Shown: positions 12,095 to 25,035 of the stretch, piece by piece
How the letters are laid out: the number at the start of each line of letters is the position of its first letter
Numbering within the stretch: position 1 is the stretch's first letter
Origin: Mobula hypostoma
Taxonomy: Eukaryota
NCBI RefSeq assembly: GCF_963921235.1
Contig: NC_086108.1
Coordinates: 61,940,001-62,004,000 of the forward strand
DNA length: 64,000 bases
Direction: 5' to 3'
The notes under the pieces: generated by a model
Databases searched by the model: none
Told to the model about the DNA's origin: nothing
What the model saw: only the letters and a program-made list of their open reading frames with translations
Translations under genes and position numbers: made by a program

Positions 12095-12894
12095 CTCCTT
12101 TTGGCGCCCTACGGCAACTCCTTTGCCTGTATCTTCAAAAACAGTTCTATTTCCATCTTTAATATCTCTATTTTTCCCTTTCAGGGTTCTTTTGAAGACC
12201 CTGACCTGGAGTTACATGCTGGCTACGGTTCTTTGCAGAATAGGACCCGCTCTCGGGGTTCCACAATCAGCCGCTATTTGGCATGCTAAAGGCTTGGCCT
12301 AAGATTTCGGCATGGTTTCAGGAGCCTAGGATCTCAAGTAACTGGAGACGGGCAAATCAAGGGTCAGTGTCACCACAGGAGATCTGTGTGTAGTTGGGAG
12401 AGTTGAAACATCTGCTGTGTGTCTGGGGACCTGGGATCCTTGCGATCTCCAGGCACAGAGCTGGAAAAAAGTGACGTAACAGACTTTTAACATCATAAAC
12501 CAGTGAGTTGTTTGTTATGTCTTCCCCTCCTTGGAAAATGGAGTCGCCTTTTCTTCCTTATTAGGAAAGAGAGAGCCTGCAGCATGTCAAATTATCGGGT
12601 GAACAATGTAGACTTTGGGGTAACTGCAAGCCTGTGTCTTTGCTATTGCTTTGCTCACGCTTGAGTGCTGGTAGTGGGTGTGCTCTATCTTTGCCAGTGG
12701 GGGGAGGGGGATTGTTGCTCGCCACTGCTTACGCACGGGAGGGAGGGGAGGGAGGAGGGGACTTTCTTTGGGGTTCCAACACTTAACTGTCATTCATTCT
12801 TGGGGCACTCCTCTGTTTTCATGGATGGTTGTGAAGAAAAAGCATTTCAGGATGTATATTGTATACATTTCTCTGACATTAAATTGTACCTTTG
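12095..12894 (+). mobile_element. ~800-bp non-coding retroposon with a Rex-type 3' tail, inserted in CR1
   Basis: Interrupts the CR1 motif catgctga|ctatccctaatcag with tgact on both sides. Ends gacattaaattgtacctttga. Confidence 0.55.
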
Positions 12895-13311
12895 ACTATC
12901 CCTAATCAGTCCTTGCCTTTCCAAATGCAAATAAGTCCTGTCCCTCAGAATTCCTTCCACTAACTTACCTACCACAGACACAAGGCTTGCTGACCTGTAG
13001 TTCCTTAGCTTGTACTTGCAATCATTCTTGTTTAATGGCACCATGTTAGTAATCCTACAGACTTTCAGCAACTCGCATAGCTAATGAAGGTAGAAGAATC
13101 TGTGCTCAGTCCCCAGCAATGGTTTCTTCCCACAATGTTCGAGGACGATCCTCATCAGGCCTCTGGGATTTGTCCATTTTAGTACACCTCCTCCTCTATA
13201 AAGTTATCACTATTTCCTTCCCTGAGCTTATTAGCTTCCATGTCCTTCTCCACAGGAAATACAGTTGCAAAATGTTCATTTAATCTTATCCATCTCACAT
13301 GTGTCCACATA

Positions 13312-13550
13312 TTTAATTTAATTTAGAAATACAGCACGGTAACAAGATGAGCCTATTCTGCCTAATTACACTCATGCGATCAATTAACATAGCAACACTA
13401 TGTCCTTTGCAATGTGGGAGGAAACTGGAGCACCTGGAGGAGACCTACATGGTCATGGCGAGAGCATAAACTCCTGACAGACAGTAGTGGGAGTTGAAGC
13501 AGGGTTGCTGGCACTGTAAAGTAATGCACTGACCACTATGCTACCATGTT
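13312..13550 (-). mobile_element. V-SINE (tRNA head plus V domain)
   Basis: Minus strand reads ggtagcatagtgg...ctccaggtgctccagtttcctcccaca, with an A/T-rich tail. Confidence 0.75.
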
Positions 13551-14843
13551 GCCCACATGGATTACTACACTTAAGGGAACCTATTCTCTCCCTAGTTACC
13601 CTTTTGCTCTTAATATACTTTAAAGATTCTCTTATCTCTTAGTTGCCAGGGATATCATATGCCCCTTCTTTTTATCCCAAGATCTTTCGGTGCATTAGAA
13701 GGGATTCGCTTGTTCCCAGCAGCCTATACCTGACATACATCTCCTTTTTCCTGATGGGAACCTCACTATCCCTCATTAATCAGCGTTCCCCAATCCCTGT
13801 CAGCATATCCCTTCACTCTAACACAGGGGTTTCCAAGCTTTTCTATGCTACAGGCCAATGCCTTTAAGGGAATCCCTGCAAATGTGCTGGCCATTAGCTC
13901 CCCTATCTCACTTTTAAAAGCCTCCCGCTTATCATACGTTTATTTCCCTACTAGCAGCCTCTCCCAGTCAACCTTTGCAAGTTTGTTTCTAATGCCATCA
14001 TAATTAGCTTTGCCCCAATTTACAGATTTCACTTGTGGCCCAGTCTTAATTTTTTTCCATTATTACCTTTAATTTAATCTAATAGAAATATGGTCACTGG
14101 TCCCAAAGTGCTCTCCGTCTAATGTATTATCCATTTTCCCAGCCTCACTTCCGAAGTGGGGGTGTGTGCAATTCATTTTCTAGAAGAACCATCTGCAAAT
14201 TGTTTGAGAAAACGTGCATTTAAACATGAAACAAATTCTGCCCCATCTGATCGTCTAATACGATGGCACTCCAAGTCAATGTCAGAGAAGTTAACATCAG
14301 CTATAATTACTGCCCTATTATTCCTACATAGTCACCAGGGACATTATGCAGAATTTTTCAAATTTTCATCGAGTTTATCTATTTGAAAGTAATGTAATAT
14401 AGTTGATTTTAGATTCATTTGACCTTTACATGCAGGTTGACACATTCACTGAAATATTGACAGTAAATGCCATTTTCCAAAGAATATTATTCTAAGTGGT
14501 GGATTTCTTTAAAATATAAAACACAGAAAATTGAGGCAATTCAAACAAAGATTAATAGTCCAATATATAAATGTAATGTGAGCTTAATGGATAGACTAAC
14601 AAATTGGACAATCTTGCCAACACACACATCTGTTTGCTTTGGTAATGAAGAGTTGTCAGTGTTCAAAATTGTGGCATAGTGAAGCTCTTTATCCTAATAG
14701 TGGAAAACTTGGCTTGAGACACAAATTAAATGCACAGATGATAGGACTGCTTACTTTGACAATTTTTAGATAGTCAGATATTAGCTGTCCAATTGCATAA
14801 TCAGACTAGTGTGTACTTATTGCCAGATCTCATTGTTACTGGG

Positions 14844-15491
14844 AACAACAGGAATTCTGCAGATGCTGGAAATTCAAGCAACACACATCAGAGTTGCTGG
14901 TGAACGCAGCAGGCCAGGCTGCATCTGTAGGAAGAGGTGCAGTCGACGATTCAGGCCAAGACCCTTTGTCAGGACTAACTGAAGGAAGAGTGAGTAAGGG
15001 ATTTGAAAGTTGGAGGGGGAGGGGGAGATCCAAAATGATAGGAGAAGACAGGAGGGGGAGGGATGGAGCCAAGAGCTGGACAGGTGATAGGCAAAAGGGA
15101 TACGAGAGGATCATGGGACAGGAGGTCCAGGAAGAAAGACAAGGCGGGGGGACCCAGAGGATGGGCAAGAGGTATATTCAGAGGGACAGAGGGAGAAAAA
15201 GGAGAGTGAGAGAAAGAATGTGTGTATAAAAATGAGTAACAGATGGGGTACAAGGGGAAGGTGGGGCCTTAGCGGAAGTTAGAGAAGTCGATGTTCATGC
15301 CATCAGGTTGGAGGCTACCCAGACGGAATATAAGGTGTTGTTCCTCCAACCTGAGTGTAGCTTCATCTTTACAGTAGAGGAGGCCGTGGATAGACATGTC
15401 AGAATGGGAATGGGATGTGGAATTAAAATGTGTGGCCACTGGGAGATCCTGCTTTCTCTGGCGGACAGAGCGTAGATGTTCAGCAAAGCGG
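14844..15491 (-). mobile_element. 5'-truncated Penelope-like element (GIY-YIG end plus terminal repeat)
   Basis: Minus strand encodes RFAEHLRSV...LPVATHFN...EATLRLEEQHLIFRLGSLQPDGMN. Degenerate hammerhead at about 14940-14976. Perfect 14-bp TSD tcattgttactggg (14830-14843, 15492-15505). Confidence 0.92.
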
Positions 15492-15894
15492 TCATTGTTA
15501 CTGGGTATGCTTTCCAGTGAAATTTGGTTATTTTATTATATTAAAGATAAGAGTGAAAATGATGCATGTTTAAATGCCTTCTCATTGTTATTTCATGTCT
15601 GTTTTTGGGATATGCAATCAAGGATAAATCTGGTTAAACAAAACACGTTAAGTCATGAAGTCGGGTCTCTGGTACTGAGTCTGCCTCTGTATCTCAGAGG
15701 AGAAGGGGGGGAAAAGAGCAGTGCAGTAGTGATAGGGGATTCCATAGTTAGAAGAGCAGACTGGAGGTTCTGTGGAGATGAAAGAGACACCTGGGTTGTA
15801 TGTTGCCTCCAGGCGTCAGGGTCAGGGATGTCTCGAACTGGGTCAACATCATTTTAAAGGGGGGGGTGTGAACGGCTGGTAGTCATGGTATATA

Positions 15895-17878
15895 CCAACT
15901 CTGTCCTTGAGCACATCAACAAGTGTGTAGATAGAGTGACATGACAAAAACAAATAAAAGTTTTCCCCAATCAGAAACCATGGATGAACAGAGAAGTTCG
16001 CCTCCTGCTCAAAGCCAGAGATTCAGCCTTCAGGTCTGGAGACCGAGAGGCTTACAGCTCAGCCAGGGCCAACCTGAGGAGGAGAATCTCTCAGGCTAAA
16101 CACATATACAAACAGAGAATCGAGGAGATTTCAACTCCTTGGACCCCCGGTGCATGTGGCATGGCATACAGGTCATTACAGACTTCAAACCACCTAGTAC
16201 TGTGCCCCCTTCCAGCTCTGCTTCCCTCCCTGATGAGCTCAATTACTTCTACGCTCGCTTTGACCAGGAGAACAAGGAGGTCACCCTCAAAGCGGATCTC
16301 CCACCTGGTGAACTGCCTCTCTCACTTTCCACCTCTGATGTTTGCGCCACCATGAGCAGGGTGAATGTACGGAAGTCAGCTAGTCCAGATGGAAGACCTG
16401 GCCATGTGCGCAGAGTCTGTGCAGAGCAGTTGGCCGGGATCTTCACGGACATTTTCAATCTGTCCCTGGCCCAGGCAGTTGTCCCCACAAGCTTCAAGAT
16501 CACCACCATCATGCCAGTGCTAAAGCATTCCACTGCCACCAGCCGGAATGACTTCCGCCCAGTTGCACTCACCCCCATCATTGCAAAGTGCTTTGAGAGA
16601 CTGGTTCTATCACATCTGAAATCCTGTCTGACCACTCTACCCTGGATCCCATCAATTTGCCTATCGCACCAACAGGTCAACAGAGAACGCCATCTCCACA
16701 GCACTTCACTCTGCCCTGACCCACCTGGACAGCCCCAACTCTTACGTCAGAATGCTGTTCATTGACTCTAGTTCGGCATTCAACACTGTGATCCCCTCCA
16801 AGCTGATCGCCAAACTTCGCCAGCTTGGTATCAGCTCATCCCTCTGCAATTGGACCTTGGACTTTCTGACTAACAGACCCCAATCAGTTAACTTAGACAA
16901 CCTCTCCTCCTCCGCTCTCACCCTGAACACCAGCGTGCCTCAAGGCTGTGTGCTGAGCCCTCTTCCGTACTCCCTTTTCACCTATGACTGCATTCCTGTA
17001 TATGTTTCTAACTCCATAATCAAGTTCGCAGACGACACCACAGTGGTTGGCCTGATCAGAGGGAATGACGAGAAGGCCTACAGGGACGAGGTCCAGCACC
17101 TGGCCGTGCAATGTGCCAATAACAACCTGGCCTTTAACACCCAGAAGACCAAGGAGATCATTGCAGACTTCAGGCATGCTAGGAGCCACACTCACATCCC
17201 CATCTACATCAATGGAGCTGTAGTGGAACGTGTATCAAGCTTCAAATTCCTTGGTGTCCACATTTCCGATAATCTCACCTGGTCGCTGAACTCCTCCATC
17301 CTGATCAAAAAGGCGCAACAGTGCCTTTATTTCCTGCGGAGCATCAAGAAAGCTCACCTCTGTACCATTGAGAGCATACTCACCAACTGTATCTCAGTGT
17401 GGTATGGCAATTGTCCCATATCAGACCACAAAGCACTCCAGCATGTGGTGACAACTGCCCAGCGGATTATCGGCATCCAATTGCCCACCATTGAGAATAT
17501 CTACCATAAACGTTGCCTGGGCAGGGCGAAAAGCATTATCAGGGATGCATCTCACCCTAACCGTGGACTTTTTACTCTCCTCCCATCCAGTAGGTGCTAC
17601 AGGAACCTCCGCTCCCGCACCAGCAGGCACAGGAAGAGCTTCTTCCCTGAGGCTGTGACCCTGCTGAACCTCACATCACAGCGCTAAGCAGTATTGCACC
17701 CATATTGTACTGTCTCAGTACTTCTATATTTGTGTGACGTAGCACTTACAAATTAACTGTGAATAAAAAGTAAGTAACACTATTCTTTGCATTTCTGGTT
17801 AGATGCTAACAGCATTTCATTGGCTTTGTATCTGTACTCGGCACAATGACAATAAAGCTGAATCTAGTCTAAACTAAT
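15895..17878 (+). mobile_element. Rex1/Babar-like LINE, 5'-truncated and frameshifted
   Basis: ORFs 15984-16355, 16139-16765 (DFRPVALTP) and 16752-17687 ([13 protein letters not shown]). Tail gacaataaagctgaatcta. Confidence 0.92.
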
Positions 17879-18730
17879 ATAATCGGAACCAACAACACAA
17901 GTAGAGAAAAGACCGAGGTCCTGAAGAGAAAATATATGGAGTTCGATAGAAAGCTGAAAAGCAAGACCTCAAGGACAGTAATGTCCAGATAGCTCCACGG
18001 GCCAGATGCCAGTGTAAGTAAGAACATGATCATTTGGCAGATGACTGCAAGGCTGAGGAACTGGTACAGGTGGCAAGGTTTTAGGTTTCTGGATCATTAG
18101 GATCTCTTCTAGGGAAGGTATGATCTGTACAAAAAGGACAGATTACAACTTACTCAAGGGGAAGCTAATATCCTTGAAGGTAGGTTTGCTGGAGTTGTTG
18201 GGGAGTTTAAACTAATCTGGCAAGGGGATGGGAACCAGAGTGATAAGGCTGAGGATGGGGCAGTTGGTATACAAGTTGATGCAGTGTGTAGTGAGACTGT
18301 GAGGAAGGACGGGCAGACGATAGGGCAAAATTGCAGTCAGTGGGATGAGATGGAGCATGAGGACAAGATGGAAAAGGGTGACAAATACAGGGCTAAAGAT
18401 CTTATATTTGAATGCACACAGTATACAGGATAAGGTAGATGATCTTGTAATGCATTTAGAAATTGGTAGGTATGAAATTGTAGGCATTACTGGGTGGTAA
18501 CTTAAAGAAGGTTATAGTTGGAAACTTAACATCCAAGGATACACATTGTATCAAAAGGACAGGAGATAGACAGAGGGAGTGTGATGGCTCTATTAGTAAA
18601 ACAAAATCAAATCCTTACATAGATGTGACATAAGATCAGAAGATGAAGAATCCTTGTAGGTAGAGTTAAGAAACTGCAAGGGTAAAAAGACCCCAGCGGG
18701 TGTTAATATACGGACCTCCAAACAGTAGCC

Positions 18731-19310
18731 ATAAACATAGGAACATAAGAATTAGGAGCAGGTGTAGGCCATTTGGCCCGTCAAGTCTGCTCTGCCATTC
18801 AATAAGATCATGGTTGATATGACCATGGACTCATCTCCACCCACTTGCCTTTTCCCCATAACCCTTAATTCCTTCTGCTATGCAAAAGTCTATCCAACCT
18901 TGTTTTAAATCTATTTACTGAGGTAGCCTCCACTGCTTCATTCCGCAGAGAATTCCATGGATTCACAACTCTCTGGGAAAATCAGTTGCTCCTCATCTCC
19001 ATCCTAAATCTACTCCTCCGAATCTTGAGGCTATGTCCTCTAGTTCTGGTTTCACCTACTGGTGGAAACAACTTACCTGCCTCCATCTTATCTATCCCTT
19101 TCACAATTTTATATGTTTCTATAAGATCTCCGCTCATTCTTCTGAATTCCAGCGAGTACAGTCCCAGGCGATTCAATCTCTTCTCATAGTCTAACCCCCT
19201 CATTTCTGGAATCAACCCGGTGAATATCCTCTGCACCACCTCCAAAGCCAGTATATCCTTCCTCATGAAAGGAGACCAGAACTGCACACAGCACTCCAAG
19301 TGCAGCCTCC
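18731..19310 (-). mobile_element. CR1 LINE 3' fragment
   Basis: ORF 18982-19299 (CVQFWSP...RTRGHSLK) and an (aacata)-type tail at 18731-18750. Confidence 0.9.
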
Positions 19311-19485
19311 CAGGGTACTGAAAGAAATGCAGAAGTTATAGTAGAGGCTTTGGTGACGATTTAACAAAATTCTTTGGACTCTGGGTAGATCCTGGCAGAT
19401 TGGAAGAAGGCAAATATCACGCCACTGTTCAAAAAAGGATGTAAGTTGCAGGATACAAATTACCAGGGGAGATAGATAAGGCATG

Positions 19486-20333
19486 TGTAACCCTTTCATC
19501 ATGGCTTGTAACAAACCTGGCTCGTTAGCTAACTCTAACAGCCACATGACTTAGCATTGCATGAGTAACTGTGAGAAGAAAAGTCGGCCTGTTCTGATGA
19601 GGGAACAAAGATTGTGGTGAATGCTGTGTAAATACTGGCCCATGTAAAGTATTGTTCAGTAGGAAATAACAGATCGCATATGGAAATACAATTACAGTGG
19701 AAGTATACTAACCAATATTCAACTTTAATGAACAGTTAACAGAAAAAGGAAAGTAAAAGGGCCTATAACTGTTTAAACCAGTCTAAATGTGCACATAAAT
19801 GTTGGAGCTTGTTTCTGTTGTAGTATCACTTTAGTCATACCGCTGAACTCCCATCACCAGTTGCAGGTCGAACTTCCCTTGAAGAACATCATAAACAACT
19901 GCCTAACTCAGAAATACTGGCACTTTCTCCCTGAAACCATTCGTCTGCACAAAGCATGTCTTGTGATAAGGTCTCTCCTTCGGGTGGGATCCTCTAATTG
20001 TCTTCCCTGCTGCTTTTTCCCACACCTCCTCGCAAAAGACCTCAAACCAGACTACTCTCCTTCAGAAATTTAATCCTGTCCAGCTCTCTCAAATATTCCA
20101 TAGCGTCCCACTGGGCAGAATATTACAACATGTTACCAAGTCAAACCTGATCGACTGACACAACCTACCTAGATTGGGCAAGTGTCTCCTTATCCTTAGC
20201 CAAAGCCAAAACACTAATCTATGACGCTTAATTAACTGGATACAATGTGTTTGCAGAAAACCTGCTAAAATAAAAATACCTCACAATGTAGCAGTAGAAG
20301 TACAGTGAAACATGTCCTTAAACTGGCATTACA
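19486..20333 (-). repeat. Probable 3' LTR of a Gypsy element
   Basis: tgtaa...ttaca termini, followed by ttctacacccgccct (a PPT on the minus strand). The left boundary is uncertain. Confidence 0.6.
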
Positions 20334-23300
20334 TTCTACACCCGCCCTCACCAAAAATAGTTATGTCCTCATGGCTTTGTAGACCACTCAAACTTATCAG
20401 ACCATTATTAATAACACAGTATTCAAATTAATTTTGTGATTCAACCTGCAGATGCTGGAAATCCAAACCACACAAACAAAGTGCTGGAGGAACTCAGCAA
20501 ACCAGGCAGCATCTATGGAAAAAAGTATAGTCGACATTTCAGGCTGAAACCCTTTGGCAGGACTGGAAAAAAAAATCTGAGGAGTAGATTTAAAAGGTGG
20601 GGGGAGGGGAGAGAGAACGACCAAGTGATGGGTGAAACCTGGAGGGGAGGGATGAAGTAAAGAGTTTGGAAGTTGATTAGTGAAATGAGGTGAGAGAGGG
20701 AAAAGGGGATGGGAAATGGAGAAGGAGCAGAGAGTTTGTCTCCCTTTGTCCCCCTGCTCCCAGTGAGTTCTGCACCCGCCATGACACTGAGCTCTCCTCC
20801 CGCTGCCTCCGCCTCCAAGCCCATTTCGTTGGTGAGGACTCTCCATCCCGCACCAATGACCCCTTCTCCCATTTTCAACCCACCTCCTCTTCCTGGACGC
20901 CCCGCCCCGGTCTTCTGCCTACCCTGGACCTTTTCATTGCCAACTGCCGATGGGACATTAACCGTCTAGACTTTAACTCTCCTCTCTTCTATTCCAACCT
21001 CATTCCTTCTGAATGCTCAACTCTCCATTCCCTCCACACTAATCCTAACCTCACCATCAAACTCGCAGATAAGGGAGGTGCTATACTATAGTAGTCTGGC
21101 GAACTGACCTCTACTTTGCTGAGGCCCAGTGCCAACTTTCAGACACCTCCGCTTACTCACCCCTCGAACAGGACCCCACTAAGGAACACCAGGCCATCGT
21201 CTCTCACACCATCACCAACCTTATTGACTCTGGAGATCTCCTGTCCACCACCACTGACCTCATAGTTCCCGTACCCTACACCTCCTGTTTCTACTTCCTA
21301 CCCAAGATCCACAAACCTGCTTGTCCAGGTAGACCCAATATTTCAGCTTGTTCCTTCCCCACTGAATCCATATCTGCATACCTCGACTGTGTTTTATCCC
21401 CCTGGTTCAGTCCCTTCCTACCTACATCTGTGACACCTCACATGCTCTTGATCATTTCAAGGATTTTAAGCTGCCTGGTCCCCATCATCTCATTTTTACT
21501 GTGGATGGCCAGTCCCTATAGACCTCCATCCCACACTAGGAAGGCTTCAAGCCCTCTGTTTTTTCTGGACACCAGACCTAACCAGTTCCCCTCCACCACC
21601 ACTCTCCTCCACCTAGCAGAACTTGTCCTCACTCTCAATAATTTTTCCTTTGGCACCTTCCACTTCCTTCAAACAAAAGGTGTAGCCGTGGGCACTCACA
21701 TGGGCCGCAACTATGCCTGCTTGTTTGTCAGCTGTGTGGGACAGTCTGTGTTCCAAGCCTACACTGGTGATCGTCCCACTCTTTTTCTATGCTACATCGA
21801 TGACAGCACTGGTGCTACTTCCTGCACCACTCGTCTCTTCATCCACTTTGCCTCCAACTTCCACCCTGTCCTCAAATTCACTTGGTCCATTTCTGATACC
21901 TCCCTTCCCTTTCTTGATCTCAATGTCTCTATCTCCAGAGACAGCATATCCACCGATGCCTATTACAAACCCACAGACTCTCACAGTTACCAAGACTACA
22001 CCTCATCCCACGTTACCACTTGTAAAAATGCCATTCCCTTTTCTCAATTCCTCCATCTCCACCACATCTGCTCTCAGGATGAGGCTTTTTATTCTCGAAT
22101 GAAAGAGATGTGCTCCTTTTTCAAAGAAAGAGGCTTCCCTTCCTCCACCAACAACGCTGCCCTCAACCGCCCCTCTTCCATTTCATGCACGTCTGCTCTT
22201 ACCCCAACCTCCTGCCACCCTATCAGGGATAGGATTCCTTTTGTCCTCACCTACCACCCCACCAGCCTCTGAGTCCAGCACATAATTCCCTGAAACTTCC
22301 GCCACCTCCAACGGAATCCCACTACCAAGCACATCTTTCCCTCTGCCCCAAGTTCTGCTTTCTGCAGGGATCGCGCCCTACACAACCCCCTTGTCCATTC
22401 ATCTCTCCCCACTGATCTCCCTCCTGGCACTTAACTTTGCAAACAGAACAAGTGCTACACCTGCCCCTACAACTCCTCCCTCACTACCACCCAGTGCCCT
22501 AAACAGTCCTTCCAGATGAGGCGACACTTTACCTGTGAGTCTGATGGGGTCATTTACTGTGTTCAGTGCTCCTGGTGTGGCCTCCTGTACATTGGTGAGA
22601 CTGACATAGATTGGAAGACTGCTTTACAGAGCATCTACACTGTCTGCCAGAACAAGCGGGATCTCCCAGTGCCCACCCATTTTAATTCCACTTCCCATTC
22701 CCATTCTGATATGTCCATCCATGGCCTTCTCCACTGTTGTGATGAGGCCACGCTTAGGTTGGAGAAGCAACAGCTTATATTCCATTTGGGTAGTCTCCAA
22801 CCTAATGGCATGAACATTGATTTCTCAAGCTTCCAGTTATGCCTCCCAATATCCTCCCCCCTTCTCTATTTCCCATCCCCTTTTCCCTCTCTCACCTCAT
22901 CTCACCAATCAAGTTCACAGCTCCACGTTTCACCTATCACCTGGTGGTTCTCTCTCCCTTCCCCCGACCTTTTAAGTCTACTGCTCAGCTTTATTTCTTC
23001 AGTCCAGCCAAAGGGTTTTGGCCTGAAACATTGACTGTACCTTTCTCCCCTATAGATGCTGCCTGGCCTGCTGAGTTCCTCCAGCATGTTGTGTGTGTTG
23101 CAGCATATGCCAGCCTATCTGGGGGTTTCCTGACTCTGAGACATCCTCATCTCACTTTCAGCTTCTTTGGCCTCAGCCACTCCTTGTGACTGTTCTTGTC
23201 TGCTTGGGGATGTCTTCCCCCTGTCTGTCACTTGTACCTCTACATGATTCTGTTCCCCTTGCCCCCTGACTGAACTCAGCTTTATCTCCAATTATATGGG

Positions 23301-24465
23301 AGCCTAGTTTCCCTTCACTGTCCATTACCACAAATGATGTCCATTGGTAGTCCTCTCCATTATATCTGGGTGGAGGCTGGGAGATGCAGACATCTCTTCA
23401 TCAGTGTCTTGGGGAGTTAGCATAAGGTTGAGCATACCACACTCCCATTACCTCATCCTCAGAGTCTGTACAGTATTCAGTGGGTTCATCTGGTCTCTCC
23501 CGAGGCCATTCCACTGAAATTATACCATTGTCAGCTTGTTGCCTTTCTATTCTCCTTCTTCTGCGCAGAGTTTTTCCACGTTAGACTCTGGGTCAACATG
23601 TACTTCCTGCCCGAGGGGTAGAAGATGATTCCAATGGAGAATTTTGACAGGACCGTTCCCATCCTCTGGCTTCACCCAGAAAAGTGGCAAACTTGGCATC
23701 TGTCTCTTCATTACGCAAATTGTAGAAACCCAGAGGTCAGCCAACTTGTGCTTCCCTGCTAGCTCTCTCTCCAGGCATCATTTGGGTGACCCTAATCTTT
23801 TGATCATATCTCCTCTTGTTTCCTTGGTAGCAGAAACTGCTGCTACCTCCTAAGCTTTCTGCAGTTCTTTCTCCATGTCAGACACATACTTGAGATACAT
23901 CTTCTGCGACAAGTCTTCACCACTGGTTTCAAAACAAAGATCTACAGGAAATCTCGTTTGCGTCTGAACATCAAGTAGTATGGCGAGTAGCCAGTAGCTT
24001 CATTCTGTGTACAGTTGTAGCAATGTACCAAATGCCCAATATGCTGGATCTATTTGTTCGTCTTGTTGGCATCCAGAGTTCCAAGCATGTCTAGCAATGT
24101 CCGGTTGAACCTTACAGGCTGAAGATCTCCCTAAGGGTGATATAGAGTCGTTGGTCTTTGACTTCCTGACTTCAAGCATGGTCAGCCAACGCTCTCCAAG
24201 TCTCTTCCCTGATCTCAGGAGGCCATAATGAATAAAATATTTCTCCCATAACACGTTTGGCACTGTTAATGCCCTCTGATCCTTTGTGGGGAAAGCTTGA
24301 GCATATCTGGTGTGGTGATCCGTGATAACCAAGACATTCGCAGCACTACTAGAATCAGGCTTCATGGACAGGAAATCCAAACACACACCAACTCACGTGG
24401 TCCTATGCTTTGTAAATGTGATAATGCAGCAACTCTTTTATACAGTGTCTTTCTCTGAATATGTC
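20334..24465 (-). mobile_element. Gypsy/Ty3 internal remnant (integrase), split by a PLE
   Basis: ORF 24000-24386 (CLDFL...VITDHHTRYAQAFPTKDQ), ORF 23547-23744 (HWNHLLP), and RKPPDRLAY near 23110. Confidence 0.85.
20445..23100 (+). mobile_element. Penelope-like element (Neptune type) with an inverted 5' terminal repeat
   Basis: RT motifs ADKGG, YFLPKIHK, QTKGVAVG and YIDD (ORF 21430-22272). Cys linker CKQNKCYTCP. GIY-YIG GVIYCVQC...YIGET (ORF 22516-23034). 20445-20730 is an inverted copy of about 22850-23100. Confidence 0.93.
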
Positions 24466-24480
24466 GACAAAAGAAAAGAG

Positions 24481-25035
24481 CTTTGACCAGTGACCAACCT
24501 AGACATTGGAAGTTTTGAAAGGAGGGGATATCACTCAGGTCCACTACTCGAGTAGAAAATCCAGCAGAGTGTCACTACAGCAAAAAAAAAAGCTTTGACC
24601 AGCCACCAATCTGGACATCAGAAGTTTGAGAAACATAGAAAACCTGCAACACAATACAGGCCCTTCAGCCCTCAAAGCTGTGCTGAACATGTCCCTACCT
24701 TAGAACTACCTAGGCTTACCCATAGCCCTCTATTTTGCTAAGCTCCATGTATCCATCCAGGAATCTCTTAAAAGACCCTATCGTTTCTGCCCCCACCACC
24801 GCCGCTGGCTGCCCATTCCACGTACTCACCACTCTCTGCGTAAAAAAACTTACCCCTGACATCTCCTCTGTACCTGCTTCCAAACACCTTAAAACTGTGC
24901 CCTCTCATGCTAGCCATTTCAGCTCTGGGGAAAAGCCTTTTGAGAGGAGAGATTTCACAAAGGTCCACTGCTGGAGTAGAAAAGCCAGCCGTGAGTTGCT
25001 ATAGCGAAAAAAGGAACTTTGACCAGCGACCAGTC
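24481..25035 (+). repeat. ~111-bp tandem monomers at the CR1 5' end
   Basis: ctttgaccag starts at 24481, 24593 and 25017. Periods are 112 and 110 bp once the 314-bp insertion is removed. Confidence 0.8.
24632..24938 (-). mobile_element. CR1 3' fragment inserted in monomer 2
   Basis: ORF 24768-24968 (RGHSFKV), aaacatagaa tail, TSD tttgaga (24625-24631, 24939-24945). Confidence 0.88.

Larger units (their letters stand above)
11595..14330 (-). mobile_element. CR1 LINE body (degraded RT to APE), interrupted
   Basis: KFADD at about 11720-11740, ORF 12847-13071 (NYRSASLVSVVGKL), and APE-like AVIIADVNF near 14300. Confidence 0.8.
15660..19485 (+). mobile_element. CR1 LINE 5' part (esterase ORF1, APE), interrupted by Rex1 and another CR1
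   Basis: AVVIGDSIVR at about 15720. VMVY (15890) resumes as IGTNN (17882). LYLNAHSI...VGIT near 18400-18490. Confidence 0.8.

Noticed and set aside
13823..13879. Second hAT MITE (caggggtt...atccctg)
   Set aside because: Too degraded, with no clear 8-bp TSD.
24481..25035. CRISPR-like array
   Set aside because: Whole units repeat with no unique spacers, there are no cas genes, and the context is eukaryotic.
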